Shown in pieces: positions 8,100 to 18,016 of a DNA stretch of 28,719 bases; positions within the stretch are counted from its first letter, which is position 1, and each line of letters begins with the position of its first letter. Source of the DNA: a virus (taxonomy: Duplodnaviria > Caudoviricetes); IMG/VR virus record IMGVR_UViG_3300005611_000152, positions 1 to 28,719 of that record; one strand, written 5' to 3'. Below the pieces are notes generated by a model. That model was given only the letters and a program-made list of their open reading frames with translations. It had not been told where the DNA came from and made no database searches. The position numbers were made by a program, and so were the translations under genes.

Positions 8100-10095
8100 A
8101 TTAAAGGTTAGAATATCAGCGGACTTAAAGAACTTTGAGTCCAACATGAAAAAAGTATCCTCACGATTAAACGAAGTGGGGTCAAACTTTAAAAGTGTAG
8201 GTCGTACTCTATCCACAAGATTTACTGTGCCTCTTGCAGCGGCAGGAATTGGTGCTATTAAACTTGCGTCAGATTTGGAGGAGAGTCTGAATAAGGTTGA
8301 TGTTGCTTTTGGTGATTCTGCACAGCAAGTAAAAGACTTTGCCGATACAAGTATAAATGCTTTTGGTGTAAGTAAAAACGAAGCACTGGATGCAGCGGCC
8401 TTATTTGGTGATATGGCTACCGCTATGGGCATAAATAGAAGCGAAGCTGCAAATATGTCTACCGCTTTGGTTGGTCTTGGTGGCGATTTAGCATCATTTA
8501 AAAATATCAGAATTGACGTAGCACAGAATGCGTTAAAGTCCATATTTACTGGTGAAACCGAGACGCTTAAAAACCTCGGTATTGTAATGACGCAGGCCAA
8601 CCTTGATGCTTTTGCATTGGCTAACGGACTAGGTAAGACGACATCAGAAATGTCTCAGCAAGAGAAGGTCATGTTGCGATACCAGTTTGTCATGGATAAA
8701 ACTAGTAATGCACAAGGCGACTTTGAAAGAACCAATACTGGCTTTGCCAATTCATTCAGAACACTACAAGGCAGGATTCAAGAAGTATCAGCAGAGTTTG
8801 GTCAGCAACTCTTACCAGTAGCTACGCAAGTTGTAAACAAGCTAGATGATATGACGACCAAGTTGGACAACATGAGCCCTGCGATGAAAACATTGGTCAC
8901 AAGAGTTGGCGGTTTAGGAGCGGTTACTGGTCCAGTTGTACTTGTTCTTGGTGCATTGATTGGTGCGGGGTCAAGATTGGCAGGAGTTGCCGCTAAAGTA
9001 TCCAGTGCTTTGAGCTTTCTAGTAAACAATCCTCTACGAGCATTAGTAAAGACTGGCAAGTTGGCTAGAGGTTCATTCTTAGGCTTGACGACATTATTAG
9101 GTGCTAAAATGATTGGCACATTAAATGATGCGGCCAAAGCCACATTTGAGTTTCAGCAATCCATAGAAAGAGCTTTTGCAGACCCTGCTTCTTTTGGCGC
9201 AGATGAAATGGCAAAGCTAATTACTGAAACAGTAAATAGAATAGAAGAAGCAAGAAAGCAGGGGCATGAGCTTAGAGTAAATGAGCTAACTGCAATACTA
9301 AACAGTCTAATTGCTATTCGAGATGCTAATGCTTTTAACGAAGTGGCAGCTAATGCAAGGGAAGCTAAAGGTGAGGTTTCTGGCTTAAATACAGAAGTTG
9401 AAAAACTACCATCTAAGCCAATTGTTTTAATAGAACCTCTTGATGATTCTGCTGCACAGACTCTAGAGGATTTTAATCAGCAATTAGCAATGATGGGTGG
9501 TGCGCCTCCAAGTATGCAGGGCTTTGCAGATTTTCTTGCCATTGATTGGTCTAAATCATTTGGTGAACCACTAGAGGTAGCACTAACAGAAGGGCAAGAA
9601 AGATTCGTGGAGTTTGCAGATGCAGTAAACAACCTTGTAAAACCATCGATAGATGCTCTTGTGGATGGATTTGTGAATCTATTTACTGGTGATATTGGTA
9701 TGGATGATTTTTTCAAAGGCATAATCAATATGTTTGCAAACTTTGCTATTCAGCTAGGTAAGACAGCTATTGCAATCGGTATAGCGGCAAGTGCGGTTAA
9801 GAAAGCCATTCAATCATTACAAGGTGGCGTAGCGATAGCGGCAGGGATTGCGCTAGTTGCAGCAGGTACTGCGTTTAAGGGAATGGCCGCCCGAATGGCT
9901 GAAGGTGGTATCGTTCCAAGTGGCTTTCCTAATGATACATACCCTGCGTTACTAACGTCAGGCGAGATGGTCGTTCCTAAGCCTCATGCATTACCGAGTA
10001 TGGGCGGTGCGGTAGAAGTCTTTGGCGAGTTTAGGGTAAGGGGATCAGACCTTGTAACTGCTATATCAAACACAAATAACAGAACGCTTCGATGA
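8086..10095 (+). CDS. Tail tape measure protein
   Basis: 669 aa, Ala/Gly-rich and helical; ELKVRISAD N-terminus, DLASFKN..TGETETLKNLGI core, hydrophobic segments, C-terminal MAEGGIV...SGEMVVP...FRVRGSDL; follows the chaperones. Confidence 0.93.
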   Translation: MASPELKVRISADLKNFESNMKKVSSRLNEVGSNFKSVGRTLSTRFTVPLAAAGIGAIKLASDLEESLNKVDVAFGDSAQQVKDFADTSINAFGVSKNEALDAAALFGDMATAMGINRSEAANMSTALVGLGGDLASFKNIRIDVAQNALKSIFTGETETLKNLGIVMTQANLDAFALANGLGKTTSEMSQQEKVMLRYQFVMDKTSNAQGDFERTNTGFANSFRTLQGRIQEVSAEFGQQLLPVATQVVNKLDDMTTKLDNMSPAMKTLVTRVGGLGAVTGPVVLVLGALIGAGSRLAGVAAKVSSALSFLVNNPLRALVKTGKLARGSFLGLTTLLGAKMIGTLNDAAKATFEFQQSIERAFADPASFGADEMAKLITETVNRIEEARKQGHELRVNELTAILNSLIAIRDANAFNEVAANAREAKGEVSGLNTEVEKLPSKPIVLIEPLDDSAAQTLEDFNQQLAMMGGAPPSMQGFADFLAIDWSKSFGEPLEVALTEGQERFVEFADAVNNLVKPSIDALVDGFVNLFTGDIGMDDFFKGIINMFANFAIQLGKTAIAIGIAASAVKKAIQSLQGGVAIAAGIALVAAGTAFKGMAARMAEGGIVPSGFPNDTYPALLTSGEMVVPKPHALPSMGGAVEVFGEFRVRGSDLVTAISNTNNRTLR

Positions 10096-13000
10096 GTTAC
10101 GGAGTACAGTTTCGGTGTACGCATAAAGCGCAGACCAACAATATAGAAACGACATTTAGGATTGACATTCTCAAGGATGGCTACTCAGGTGAGGTTACTG
10201 AGGTGTTAGGCTATGGGGATGTGTTTAACCTTAACTACGACAAGATAGACCCTACCGAGCCACTAAAAGAGCCTATACAAAAGGGAAGGTTAGACTTTAA
10301 CATTCTAGTGCAAGGCTCAACAGAGGAAAACTTGCTTAACGATATATTCGAGGCAGGTGAAGGCACGTATCAAATGGCTCTTTATAGAGATGATACCTTA
10401 GTGTGGAAGGGATATGTGCTGAATGATTTACTAGAGATAAGCCAAGCGGACTATCCTTTTAAGGCTAAAATTAGTGCGAAGGACTTTACACGATTAGAGC
10501 AGTTCGAGTTTCCGCTTTCGTCTATTCGTAGAAAGGTTATTACCACGATTGGGGATTTACTGAATGACCTAGATTTAGGGCTAGGATTCAAGGTGTATCC
10601 TAACTGGACACATGAAGAAATAAGCGGTGATATTCTAGGGAACATTTATTTAGATGAACGACAGCTAAGAGATTTTGGCGAGATAGGAGAGGGAGCGGAG
10701 TTCGATGAGGACGACCGTTCTTTAACCCATACACAATGCTTGGAGTTGATATTGAAATCCTTTGGCATGATTATAAGGCAGTCCGAAGGGTACTACCGAC
10801 TATTTCATTTATCAGCATTGACAGACACGAGTACAACCGAGTACACCTACGACTCCACAAGCGCTCTAATTTCCACACAGACGGTCAATCTTGTTAAAAG
10901 CATAGACAAGTCTAGCCGATTTATTTTACCAAACTCACAGACCAATTTTAACGCTGGGCTAAAACGAGCAAGTGCAACCTTAGTGCATAATACTGCTCAG
11001 TCAGAGATTAAGTTTAATAGGATTACCACCTTAACTGAGAATGTATTAGAGCAAAGCGAGAAAACGCAGTTCTTTAATTCAAACGGAAAGCAAACCCTAC
11101 GATTCAAGACTAGGGTTAGTGCAGAGGACATAAACAGCAGTGGGCTGTTGAGCAATCCTGAGGCGGTTATAAGAATCTTTATAGACGGAACTACGGATTA
11201 CTACTTAACAGGGCAGGGCGACTGGGTAACGGATGAAACGGATATAGTCGTAAACCTTACAAGCTACATAGAGCATACGGTAGGGATAGATAGGTATTAC
11301 GAGTTCTTCTATGACCTTGAAATACAATCAACGACAATACCTACGTCAGCAGACGGTACGCTTACGGTTCAGCTAAACCTAGCGACTCATTCTGGTGGAA
11401 AGTTCCCATTAACGGTTTACCTTACACCCGAGTTTGAAATCATAAGTGAGGAGGATGCAGAGAACTCCGTAAATATAGCCTATGGACTAGTTAGTGATTC
11501 AGACTTCTCAAAGTCGTACAATCATGGCACGATAGCTTTCGGTGATGGTCCTACTCCTTACTCACCTAGTGCGTTGTATTATGGTACTGCGGATGGAGAA
11601 AGAACCGATGGGGGGTGGAGCTTTGTAGGTAGTGCAGATAAAAAGGGCATTCAAAGGCTACTGCTAGAAGAGATTATGAATATGCAGAGTCAAGCGACTC
11701 GCAACCTAAGGGCGGAGTTGTATGGTAACTTCAATCCTCACGAGTTAATCAGCTACGAATCTAGACAGTATATGTTTCTAGGCGGTTCTCTTAATGGGAA
11801 CAACGTATGGAGTGCGGACTTCTTACACCTTAATTTCGTAGAGCCTACGGTAACGTTTCAAGAATTAGCGGATGCGAAAAAGGGCGGTGGCTTTACAGGG
11901 GCAAGTTCCGGAACGGTCGAGTCGTTTTGGAGCCTAATCAAGCAGAGCCAGTTCTTTAACTCTGTATTCTTCTCAAACTTAGTTGGAGAGTTATCTGAAG
12001 CTATAAATGCTAAGACTACAATTACGTCTTTGAAGGCAGACCTATCAGCTCAGATACGAGCAGGAGAGGACTTTGTTCTCATAGATAAGGAGAATGAAAA
12101 GCCTTACTTCATAAGCCCGACTGCTAACTTCAATACTGGGCAAAATCAAACCATAACGATAGATGAGCAATATATTCAGACAGACCTTCCAGTTGGTTCT
12201 CCTATTATTTTAAGCGGTGGGCTGTTGCAGTCTTATTTCACGATAGACCCTACAAAGCTAAAGATTACAGTAGACAACATAGATGGAGATGTAGCTTCGC
12301 TTGAGCTAAGGGTAACAGATACAGAGTCAAGTATAACGCAATCAGTACAGTTTGACGATTCGAGCGGTGAGGTAAGGTTAGTTGCAGGACCAGGGGGGAG
12401 TGAGTTTAGCGTGGTGGCTGACCAAATAAATATAGATGGCACGACTACCTTCAGTCCAGGCTTTGACCCTAGCACAAAAAATGTAACGATACGAAGTGCA
12501 ACAGAGCCGACTCAGAGAACAGACGGAAGTGCTTTACAAGAGGGTGATGTTTGGATTGATACAGACGATGGCGACAGACCCTACTCGTACAATGGCTCTA
12601 ATTTTGTGCAGTCGCTTACGATTATTGATGGTGGCAATATAACCACAGGCACGATAGATGCTTCCGTTGTAAACGTATCTAATATCAATGCCGACAATAT
12701 AAGCGTTGGTACGATAAGTGCAGACAGGATAGGGGCTAGTAGTATTACTGCAAACAAACTAAGCGTTACGAGTTTAACAACGGTATCAGCCTCCACGGGC
12801 AATCTTAATGTAGATGGTACGCTTACGGTTCAATCGGGTGGTTCGATTCAAGGTAGTAACTATTCCTTTGACGATTCAGGCGGAACGATAGCAGGATGGA
12901 TTATTGATTCGGGAACGCTCAAGTCAAACTCCTCAGGAGCAAGGATAGAGCTGAATGAAACTGACAACCGAGTATCTATTTTCGATGCGGTGGGTGAGAA

Positions 13001-14528
13001 GGCGGTGATGGGCTACCTAGATGGGCTAGACAAGAATAGTGGCTCAGGGCAATGGGGTAGTTCTAACTATGGGTTTTGGGCTAAGAATGGAGATGAATTA
13101 GTCATTGATGGAGATGTAGAGTACGACTCGGGCGACTGGCTTATTGAGAATGATGCCTCCTACAAAGTGCTAGATGGCAGTAGTAATGAAATCATAAGAC
13201 TGGGAACAGATAGCGGTAACAAGGGGCTGTTCATCTACAATACAAGTCAGTCAACAAGCAGTTCTACCGATGCAGGGCGAAGCTACTTTACTGGTGATGT
13301 GATTGCTTCCTTCCAAGACGATGAATTGGTGGTGGGTGATGAGGCTAGTAATACGTACATGAAATACGATGACACAGCTGGTAAGCTTGAGGTGGCTGGG
13401 GATATTGAAGCGAAGGGCGTATCAACTGCGACTGCCTTTGCCTATAAAAACATAGAGATAGATTCAGGCAATCTAAGCACCTATCTCAAGACCTATACAA
13501 GTGGGGGTGATACATATCATGTCTTAGACCTTACAACAGCTTCTAGTAAGGAATCAGGGCAGTATATTAAGTTTACGGTAGACACGAGAAGCGGTGGCAC
13601 AGACAGACCGATTACTCACATAGTTCCTCCTAGTAATAATGCAGACGATAGCTTCGAGGTAACAATAGAGGTTTCGGGTGATGGCGGTACAGATAGAGAT
13701 GAGTTCGTGTCATTTATGGACGCTCCAGTAGATTCTCCTACGGTTACTTTATCAGATGGCGGTAGTCAAGCGGTAAGTGCAAACTTCAAGATAGAAGCCT
13801 TTAGAATCTTTCAGGGTGAAACGCAGTTCGACCACCTACCGATGGAGGGTGTTACAAACAGTCTAGGTGGTTTCCTTCAGGGCGTAACTCATGGGCAGTA
13901 TACATTCAGAAAAGACGATGACAGTTTCAGGCTTGTCAATTCGTCTGTGGGTCAAACGCTAAGAGCCTTGCAGGAACTATACATAGGGAAGCTAGAAGGT
14001 GGGGCGTTAATCCAAGCCGAGCCGGGACCATTGAGTACGAGCGATGGTTTCGACTTCATTATAAGTCCAACAAAGAGGTATCAGAATACTGGCGACAATA
14101 TAACCGAGAGCGATGACTACACCTTATCTAGTAACTTTGACTTCAGCAATGAATTAAGATTCAGCCAAGACGATGTACGGTGGGAGTTTGATGGGGATGT
14201 GTATATAGGCGGAACGCTTACGAATCCTTCAGACCAACGATACAAGGAGAACGTTGAGGAGCTGGGCGATGTAACAGAGAAACTCAAGAACTTGCAGACA
14301 GTTATCTATGATCTAAAAGACTTCTTGCCTAGCGATGACACAAAAATGATTGGACTCTTTGCTCAAGAAGTACAAGAGGTATTTCCTGAGGCGGTCGTAG
14401 ATGGCTCAATCATAGACGATAACAACGAGAAAAGGGATATGAAGTCCATATCTTATACTCAGCTAGTACCAGTATTGGTTAAAGCGATTCAGGAACTCAC
14501 AGAGCGAATAGAGGCACTAGAAGGATAA
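10092..14528 (+). CDS. Large tail tip / central fibre protein with C-terminal intramolecular chaperone (peptidase S74)
   Basis: 1478 aa directly after the tape measure gene; internal IDGGNITTGTIDA/INADNISVGTISADRI beta-repeats; C-terminal SDQRYKENV...GLFAQEVQEVFPEAV...YTQLVPVLVKAIQEL (14229-14528) is the S74 signature. Confidence 0.88.
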   Translation: MSYGVQFRCTHKAQTNNIETTFRIDILKDGYSGEVTEVLGYGDVFNLNYDKIDPTEPLKEPIQKGRLDFNILVQGSTEENLLNDIFEAGEGTYQMALYRDDTLVWKGYVLNDLLEISQADYPFKAKISAKDFTRLEQFEFPLSSIRRKVITTIGDLLNDLDLGLGFKVYPNWTHEEISGDILGNIYLDERQLRDFGEIGEGAEFDEDDRSLTHTQCLELILKSFGMIIRQSEGYYRLFHLSALTDTSTTEYTYDSTSALISTQTVNLVKSIDKSSRFILPNSQTNFNAGLKRASATLVHNTAQSEIKFNRITTLTENVLEQSEKTQFFNSNGKQTLRFKTRVSAEDINSSGLLSNPEAVIRIFIDGTTDYYLTGQGDWVTDETDIVVNLTSYIEHTVGIDRYYEFFYDLEIQSTTIPTSADGTLTVQLNLATHSGGKFPLTVYLTPEFEIISEEDAENSVNIAYGLVSDSDFSKSYNHGTIAFGDGPTPYSPSALYYGTADGERTDGGWSFVGSADKKGIQRLLLEEIMNMQSQATRNLRAELYGNFNPHELISYESRQYMFLGGSLNGNNVWSADFLHLNFVEPTVTFQELADAKKGGGFTGASSGTVESFWSLIKQSQFFNSVFFSNLVGELSEAINAKTTITSLKADLSAQIRAGEDFVLIDKENEKPYFISPTANFNTGQNQTITIDEQYIQTDLPVGSPIILSGGLLQSYFTIDPTKLKITVDNIDGDVASLELRVTDTESSITQSVQFDDSSGEVRLVAGPGGSEFSVVADQINIDGTTTFSPGFDPSTKNVTIRSATEPTQRTDGSALQEGDVWIDTDDGDRPYSYNGSNFVQSLTIIDGGNITTGTIDASVVNVSNINADNISVGTISADRIGASSITANKLSVTSLTTVSASTGNLNVDGTLTVQSGGSIQGSNYSFDDSGGTIAGWIIDSGTLKSNSSGARIELNETDNRVSIFDAVGEKAVMGYLDGLDKNSGSGQWGSSNYGFWAKNGDELVIDGDVEYDSGDWLIENDASYKVLDGSSNEIIRLGTDSGNKGLFIYNTSQSTSSSTDAGRSYFTGDVIASFQDDELVVGDEASNTYMKYDDTAGKLEVAGDIEAKGVSTATAFAYKNIEIDSGNLSTYLKTYTSGGDTYHVLDLTTASSKESGQYIKFTVDTRSGGTDRPITHIVPPSNNADDSFEVTIEVSGDGGTDRDEFVSFMDAPVDSPTVTLSDGGSQAVSANFKIEAFRIFQGETQFDHLPMEGVTNSLGGFLQGVTHGQYTFRKDDDSFRLVNSSVGQTLRALQELYIGKLEGGALIQAEPGPLSTSDGFDFIISPTKRYQNTGDNITESDDYTLSSNFDFSNELRFSQDDVRWEFDGDVYIGGTLTNPSDQRYKENVEELGDVTEKLKNLQTVIYDLKDFLPSDDTKMIGLFAQEVQEVFPEAVVDGSIIDDNNEKRDMKSISYTQLVPVLVKAIQELTERIEALEG

Positions 14529-14593
14529 AAATCAGAAAAGGGCTATCTTATAACGAGTTGATTGCAATACAACAAACAAAAACATTTTGACAA

Positions 14594-15028
14594 ATGAGCA
14601 AGGTATATAACCCAGGTTTACTAAAACTACTCGATGGAACGATTGACTTCGAGAACGACACGATCAAACTACTATTGGTAGACACTAGCCATACGTTCAC
14701 TAAGAGCGATGAGTTTGTTTCTGATATTGTAGCAAACGAAGCAACCAACTCAAGCGGTTCAGGGTATGAAAGAAAAACCCTAACCAATGCTTCAATCGCT
14801 TTGGATACTGGCAATGACCGAGTAGAGTTTGATGCCGATGACATATCATATACTGCTATTGACGCTGGTACGATAGCGAGTGCGATCATTTACAAAGAGG
14901 TTACAAATGATGCCGACTCGCCTCTAATTGCGGACATTGACTTTACTAACCTAGTAACGAATGGCTCGGACGTAGATCTACAAGTCAACGCTGAAGGATT
15001 CTTTTATATTACTAATGACGTAACCTAA
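14594..15028 (+). CDS. Virion structural protein, probably tail- or fibre-associated
   Basis: LLDGTIDFENDTIKLLLV...NEA...GSGY..KTL...FDADDI...IIYK....SPLIA.IDF resembles a widespread family of phage minor tail proteins; position in the tail module. Confidence 0.7.
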   Translation: MSKVYNPGLLKLLDGTIDFENDTIKLLLVDTSHTFTKSDEFVSDIVANEATNSSGSGYERKTLTNASIALDTGNDRVEFDADDISYTAIDAGTIASAIIYKEVTNDADSPLIADIDFTNLVTNGSDVDLQVNAEGFFYITNDVT

Positions 15029-15825
15029 TGATTGGTGCATATCCCATAGGTACTTTTCCTTATGGGAGCATTATTCAGGAAACTGGGATTGCGATTATTA
15101 GCCTTCCAGTTGCCGAGGCTTCCGTACAGGCGAATGATTTAAGTGTAGCGGTTGCCTTTCCTTTACAGGTCGCACAGCTACAAGTTCAGGCGAATGACCT
15201 GAATCCAGTCTATGTTCTTACACATGACGTAGCACAAGCGACCGTTTCAGCCCTAGACTTTGAAAAAGTAACAATAGGGCAATCCTTAGAGGCAGGACAA
15301 TTACAAGTTACTGCTAACGATGTATTTACTAAAACCTTACTAAATCTAGGCTTTGCTGAACTAGACGCAAACGCCAATGATATTACAACGCTTACGAAGT
15401 TACTAACCCAAGTGGGTGAGCTGGATGTTGATGCTAATGACATGACTCAGCAGATAGGCGTGAATATGGGTAGGGCGGAACTAACTTTGTCTGCGGTTGA
15501 TTTTGCGGATATTGTTTATTTAGTGGATGACGTTCCTTTTATCGAGGTGGATAGAACAAGTACACAGGCAGTTGTTAAAGTTACTAACCCATCAGACATT
15601 AAGAATGTTCGTATATTTAGAGCGGACGACCATAGAGGCACATTCAGTACGCTAGTATCAAACCATGACGAGTCGAGCGATTACACGGATTCAGGGCTAG
15701 ATGCTAGTTTGAATTACAAGTACAAGTGTGCGTTTATTATCGTTGGAACAAAGGGAGGAGTAGAATATATCGCAGTAGGTGAGCGGAGCGCACCTGTTTA
15801 CACAATCGGAAATCAAGTATTGTAA
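15028..15825 (+). CDS. Putative fibre shaft protein with about 20-aa repeats and a C-terminal Fn3/Ig-like domain
   Basis: Seven repeats of [VA][AG][EQ]LxVxAND-like; C-terminal VRIFRA...YTDSGLDASLNYKY resembles fibronectin type III. Confidence 0.65.
   Translation: MIGAYPIGTFPYGSIIQETGIAIISLPVAEASVQANDLSVAVAFPLQVAQLQVQANDLNPVYVLTHDVAQATVSALDFEKVTIGQSLEAGQLQVTANDVFTKTLLNLGFAELDANANDITTLTKLLTQVGELDVDANDMTQQIGVNMGRAELTLSAVDFADIVYLVDDVPFIEVDRTSTQAVVKVTNPSDIKNVRIFRADDHRGTFSTLVSNHDESSDYTDSGLDASLNYKYKCAFIIVGTKGGVEYIAVGERSAPVYTIGNQVL
15109..15502 (+). repeat. Protein-level tandem repeat, 7 x about 20 aa
   Basis: VAEASVQAND, VAQLQVQAND, VAQATVSALD, AGQLQVTAND, FAELDANAND, VGELDVDAND and RAELTLSAVD at 20-21 aa spacing. 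Confidence 0.85.
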
Positions 15826-17264
15826 TGGCTGACCCAATCGTTAATTTTTTCAAGTCTACGCTCGTAGGCACGTATTCAGATACAGACACTTCGATAACGA
15901 TTGCGACTGGTGATGGGGCGTTACTTCCCGACCCTTCTACTGATGGTGCGTTTAATCTTACCATATTTGAAGGCTTACAAGTTACCAATTCAACTACCTT
16001 TGAGATAGTACGAGTAACAGCGAGAAGTGGCGATGTATTAACGGTTACACGAGGGGCGGAGAGTACGACACCTTTAACGATAGGAAGTGCGACTCATTCT
16101 ATTCTAATGAGTGCAACCAAAAAGACGTTTGATGACATTAACACTGCGATAGCTAATGTCAATGTTACAACGTTAACAGGCGTAGAAGAACTGACGTTTG
16201 ATAGTACAGGCGATGAAGAGTTTGGACTACCAGCAGGAACAACAGCACAACGACCGTCAAGCCCAAGTGCAGGGTATATGCGATGGAACTCAACAGATTC
16301 AAGGATAGAGTTCTACAACGGTTCACGATGGGCAGGATTATCAGAGATAGGCTTTGAGCAAGTAAGTCTAGGCGTAGCACAGTTAAGTGTTACAGCAAAT
16401 GATGCGGTGGCTGAGAATGTTGCACCTGAAGTAGAATACTTGGTTATCGCTGGTGGTGGTGGCGCTGGTTTTGAGGGTGGATTGGCTGCTGCTGCTGGGG
16501 GAGGGGGTGCTGGTGGTTATCGGTCATCAGTAACAGGAGAATCGAGTGGTGGCGGAGCAAGTGCAGAATCTGTATTCGAGCCTACTCTTTCTACAAATTA
16601 TACAGTTACAGTTGGCGGTGGTGGGGCTGGTGCTACTACTGGTTCGGCAGGTAGTAATGGTTCTAACTCTGTATTTAACACAATTACATCTAATGGTGGA
16701 GGTGGCGGAGGTGCAAATATATCTACCCCTGGAAATGGCGGTTCAGGCGGGGGTGCGGGAGCGGTTACAAGTGCAGGTCTTGGAACAGCTAATCAAGGGT
16801 TTGATGGTGGAACTGCAACTATAATTGACTATCAAGTTGGTGGTGGAGGCGGTGGTGCTTCAGAGGTAGGTGGAAATGGTGTTCAGAACGGAAGTGGTGC
16901 GACTGGCGGAGATGGTGGGGATGGTGTTTCTTCTTCTATAACAGGAAGTGCGGTAACTCGTGCAGGTGGTGGGGCTGGTTCAGGAGATGTTCGTACAACT
17001 AATTTCCCAGGAACTGGCGGAGCAGGGGGCGGTGGGGATGCTTCAACTACTGCTGGACAAAGTGGAACTACAAACACAGGAGGTGGAGGTGGTGCTGGTG
17101 GTACTTCTTCCTCTGGGTCTGGCGGTTCAGGCGTAGTCATTCTTCGATATTCTTCAGACCTCTCAATCACTATAGGTGCAGGTCTTACAGGAACTGAAAC
17201 GACAGACGGAAGTGAGAAATATGCAGTCATAACTGCTGGAACTGGAAACGTATCTTGGAGTTAA
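15825..17264 (+). CDS. Tail fibre / receptor-binding protein with glycine-rich C-terminal domain
   Basis: N-terminal EIVRVTARSGDVLTVTRGAEST module; PAGTTAQRP....GYMRWN......EFYNG..W fibre knob motif; C-terminal VEYLVIAGGG...YTVTVGGGG...GGSGVVILRY glycine-rich domain. Confidence 0.85.
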   Translation: MADPIVNFFKSTLVGTYSDTDTSITIATGDGALLPDPSTDGAFNLTIFEGLQVTNSTTFEIVRVTARSGDVLTVTRGAESTTPLTIGSATHSILMSATKKTFDDINTAIANVNVTTLTGVEELTFDSTGDEEFGLPAGTTAQRPSSPSAGYMRWNSTDSRIEFYNGSRWAGLSEIGFEQVSLGVAQLSVTANDAVAENVAPEVEYLVIAGGGGAGFEGGLAAAAGGGGAGGYRSSVTGESSGGGASAESVFEPTLSTNYTVTVGGGGAGATTGSAGSNGSNSVFNTITSNGGGGGGANISTPGNGGSGGGAGAVTSAGLGTANQGFDGGTATIIDYQVGGGGGGASEVGGNGVQNGSGATGGDGGDGVSSSITGSAVTRAGGGAGSGDVRTTNFPGTGGAGGGGDASTTAGQSGTTNTGGGGGAGGTSSSGSGGSGVVILRYSSDLSITIGAGLTGTETTDGSEKYAVITAGTGNVSWS

Positions 17265-17265
17265 C

Positions 17266-17649
17266 ATGGCTCATTACTCGTTCTTAGACGAAAACAACAC
17301 TGTAACCGAAGTCATTGTAGGCATTGACGAAACGGAACTCATTGAAGGCAAAGACCCTGAAACATGGTATAGCGAGTTTCGTGGGCAGACTTGTAAGCGT
17401 ACGTCTTACAATACTCGTGGCGGAGAACACATCTTAGGTGGTACTCCATTTAGAGGCAACTACGCAGGTATAGGATATGAGTATCGTGAAGATTTAGATG
17501 CCTTTATTCCTCCACAGCCTTTCCCATCATGGGAACTCAACGAAACCACGTTCCTATGGGAAGCACCAGTTGAGATGCCTGACGATGGAGAGATGTATAC
17601 ATGGGATGAAGAAACGACTAACTGGGTGAAAGTTGAAGAAACTGCATAA
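17266..17649 (+). CDS. Conserved small protein accompanying glycine-rich fibres (putative fibre assembly chaperone)
   Basis: MAHYSFLDENNTVTEVIVG, KRTSYNT, FRGNYAGIGY.Y..DLDAFIPPQPFPSW.L.E...W.AP...P....Y.WDE pattern; directly follows the fibre gene. Function is inferred from position. Confidence 0.72.
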   Translation: MAHYSFLDENNTVTEVIVGIDETELIEGKDPETWYSEFRGQTCKRTSYNTRGGEHILGGTPFRGNYAGIGYEYREDLDAFIPPQPFPSWELNETTFLWEAPVEMPDDGEMYTWDEETTNWVKVEETA

Positions 17650-17839
17650 CCCTCGGTTCAGAAAGGTCAAGCAGTACGAGATGCCTGAGATCAAGACGAG
17701 CAGGTTCAGAAAGCTCCGTAAAGATTTTAAGTATGGCTCTATTCTCATGGCGTTCTTTATTAAGCACCGTAGGGATTTAATGCACCTAAAAGACAATACT
17801 GTATCTTTACTTAAAACCGAAAACAAAACACCCAAGCTA

Positions 17840-18016
17840 ATGATTACATGGTTAAAAGCACGTCTGTCAGAAGCCTCTACTGTCCGCTCTGTGGTAGGGT
17901 TTGCCTCTGTTATAGGCGTTACAATCAATCCTGACATGATTCAAGAAGTAGCAACCTTTGCTGTTTCTTTATTGTCGTTCATAGAGTTCGTGAGAGCTGA
18001 AAAGAAAGATGTTTGA
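17840..18016 (+). CDS. Small membrane protein, putative holin (ORF is open from TTG 17633; true start uncertain)
   Basis: MITWLKARLSEASTVRSVVGFASVIGVTINPDMIQEVATFAVSLLSFIEFVRAEKKDV has two hydrophobic segments and a charged tail; A-rich leader before ATG 17840; upstream of the endolysin. Confidence 0.6.
   Translation: MITWLKARLSEASTVRSVVGFASVIGVTINPDMIQEVATFAVSLLSFIEFVRAEKKDV

Noticed and set aside
16440-17140. GGT/GGC-rich low-complexity DNA as a repeat element or DGR target
   Set aside because: Explained by the glycine-rich protein domain; no reverse transcriptase and no template/variable repeat pair seen.
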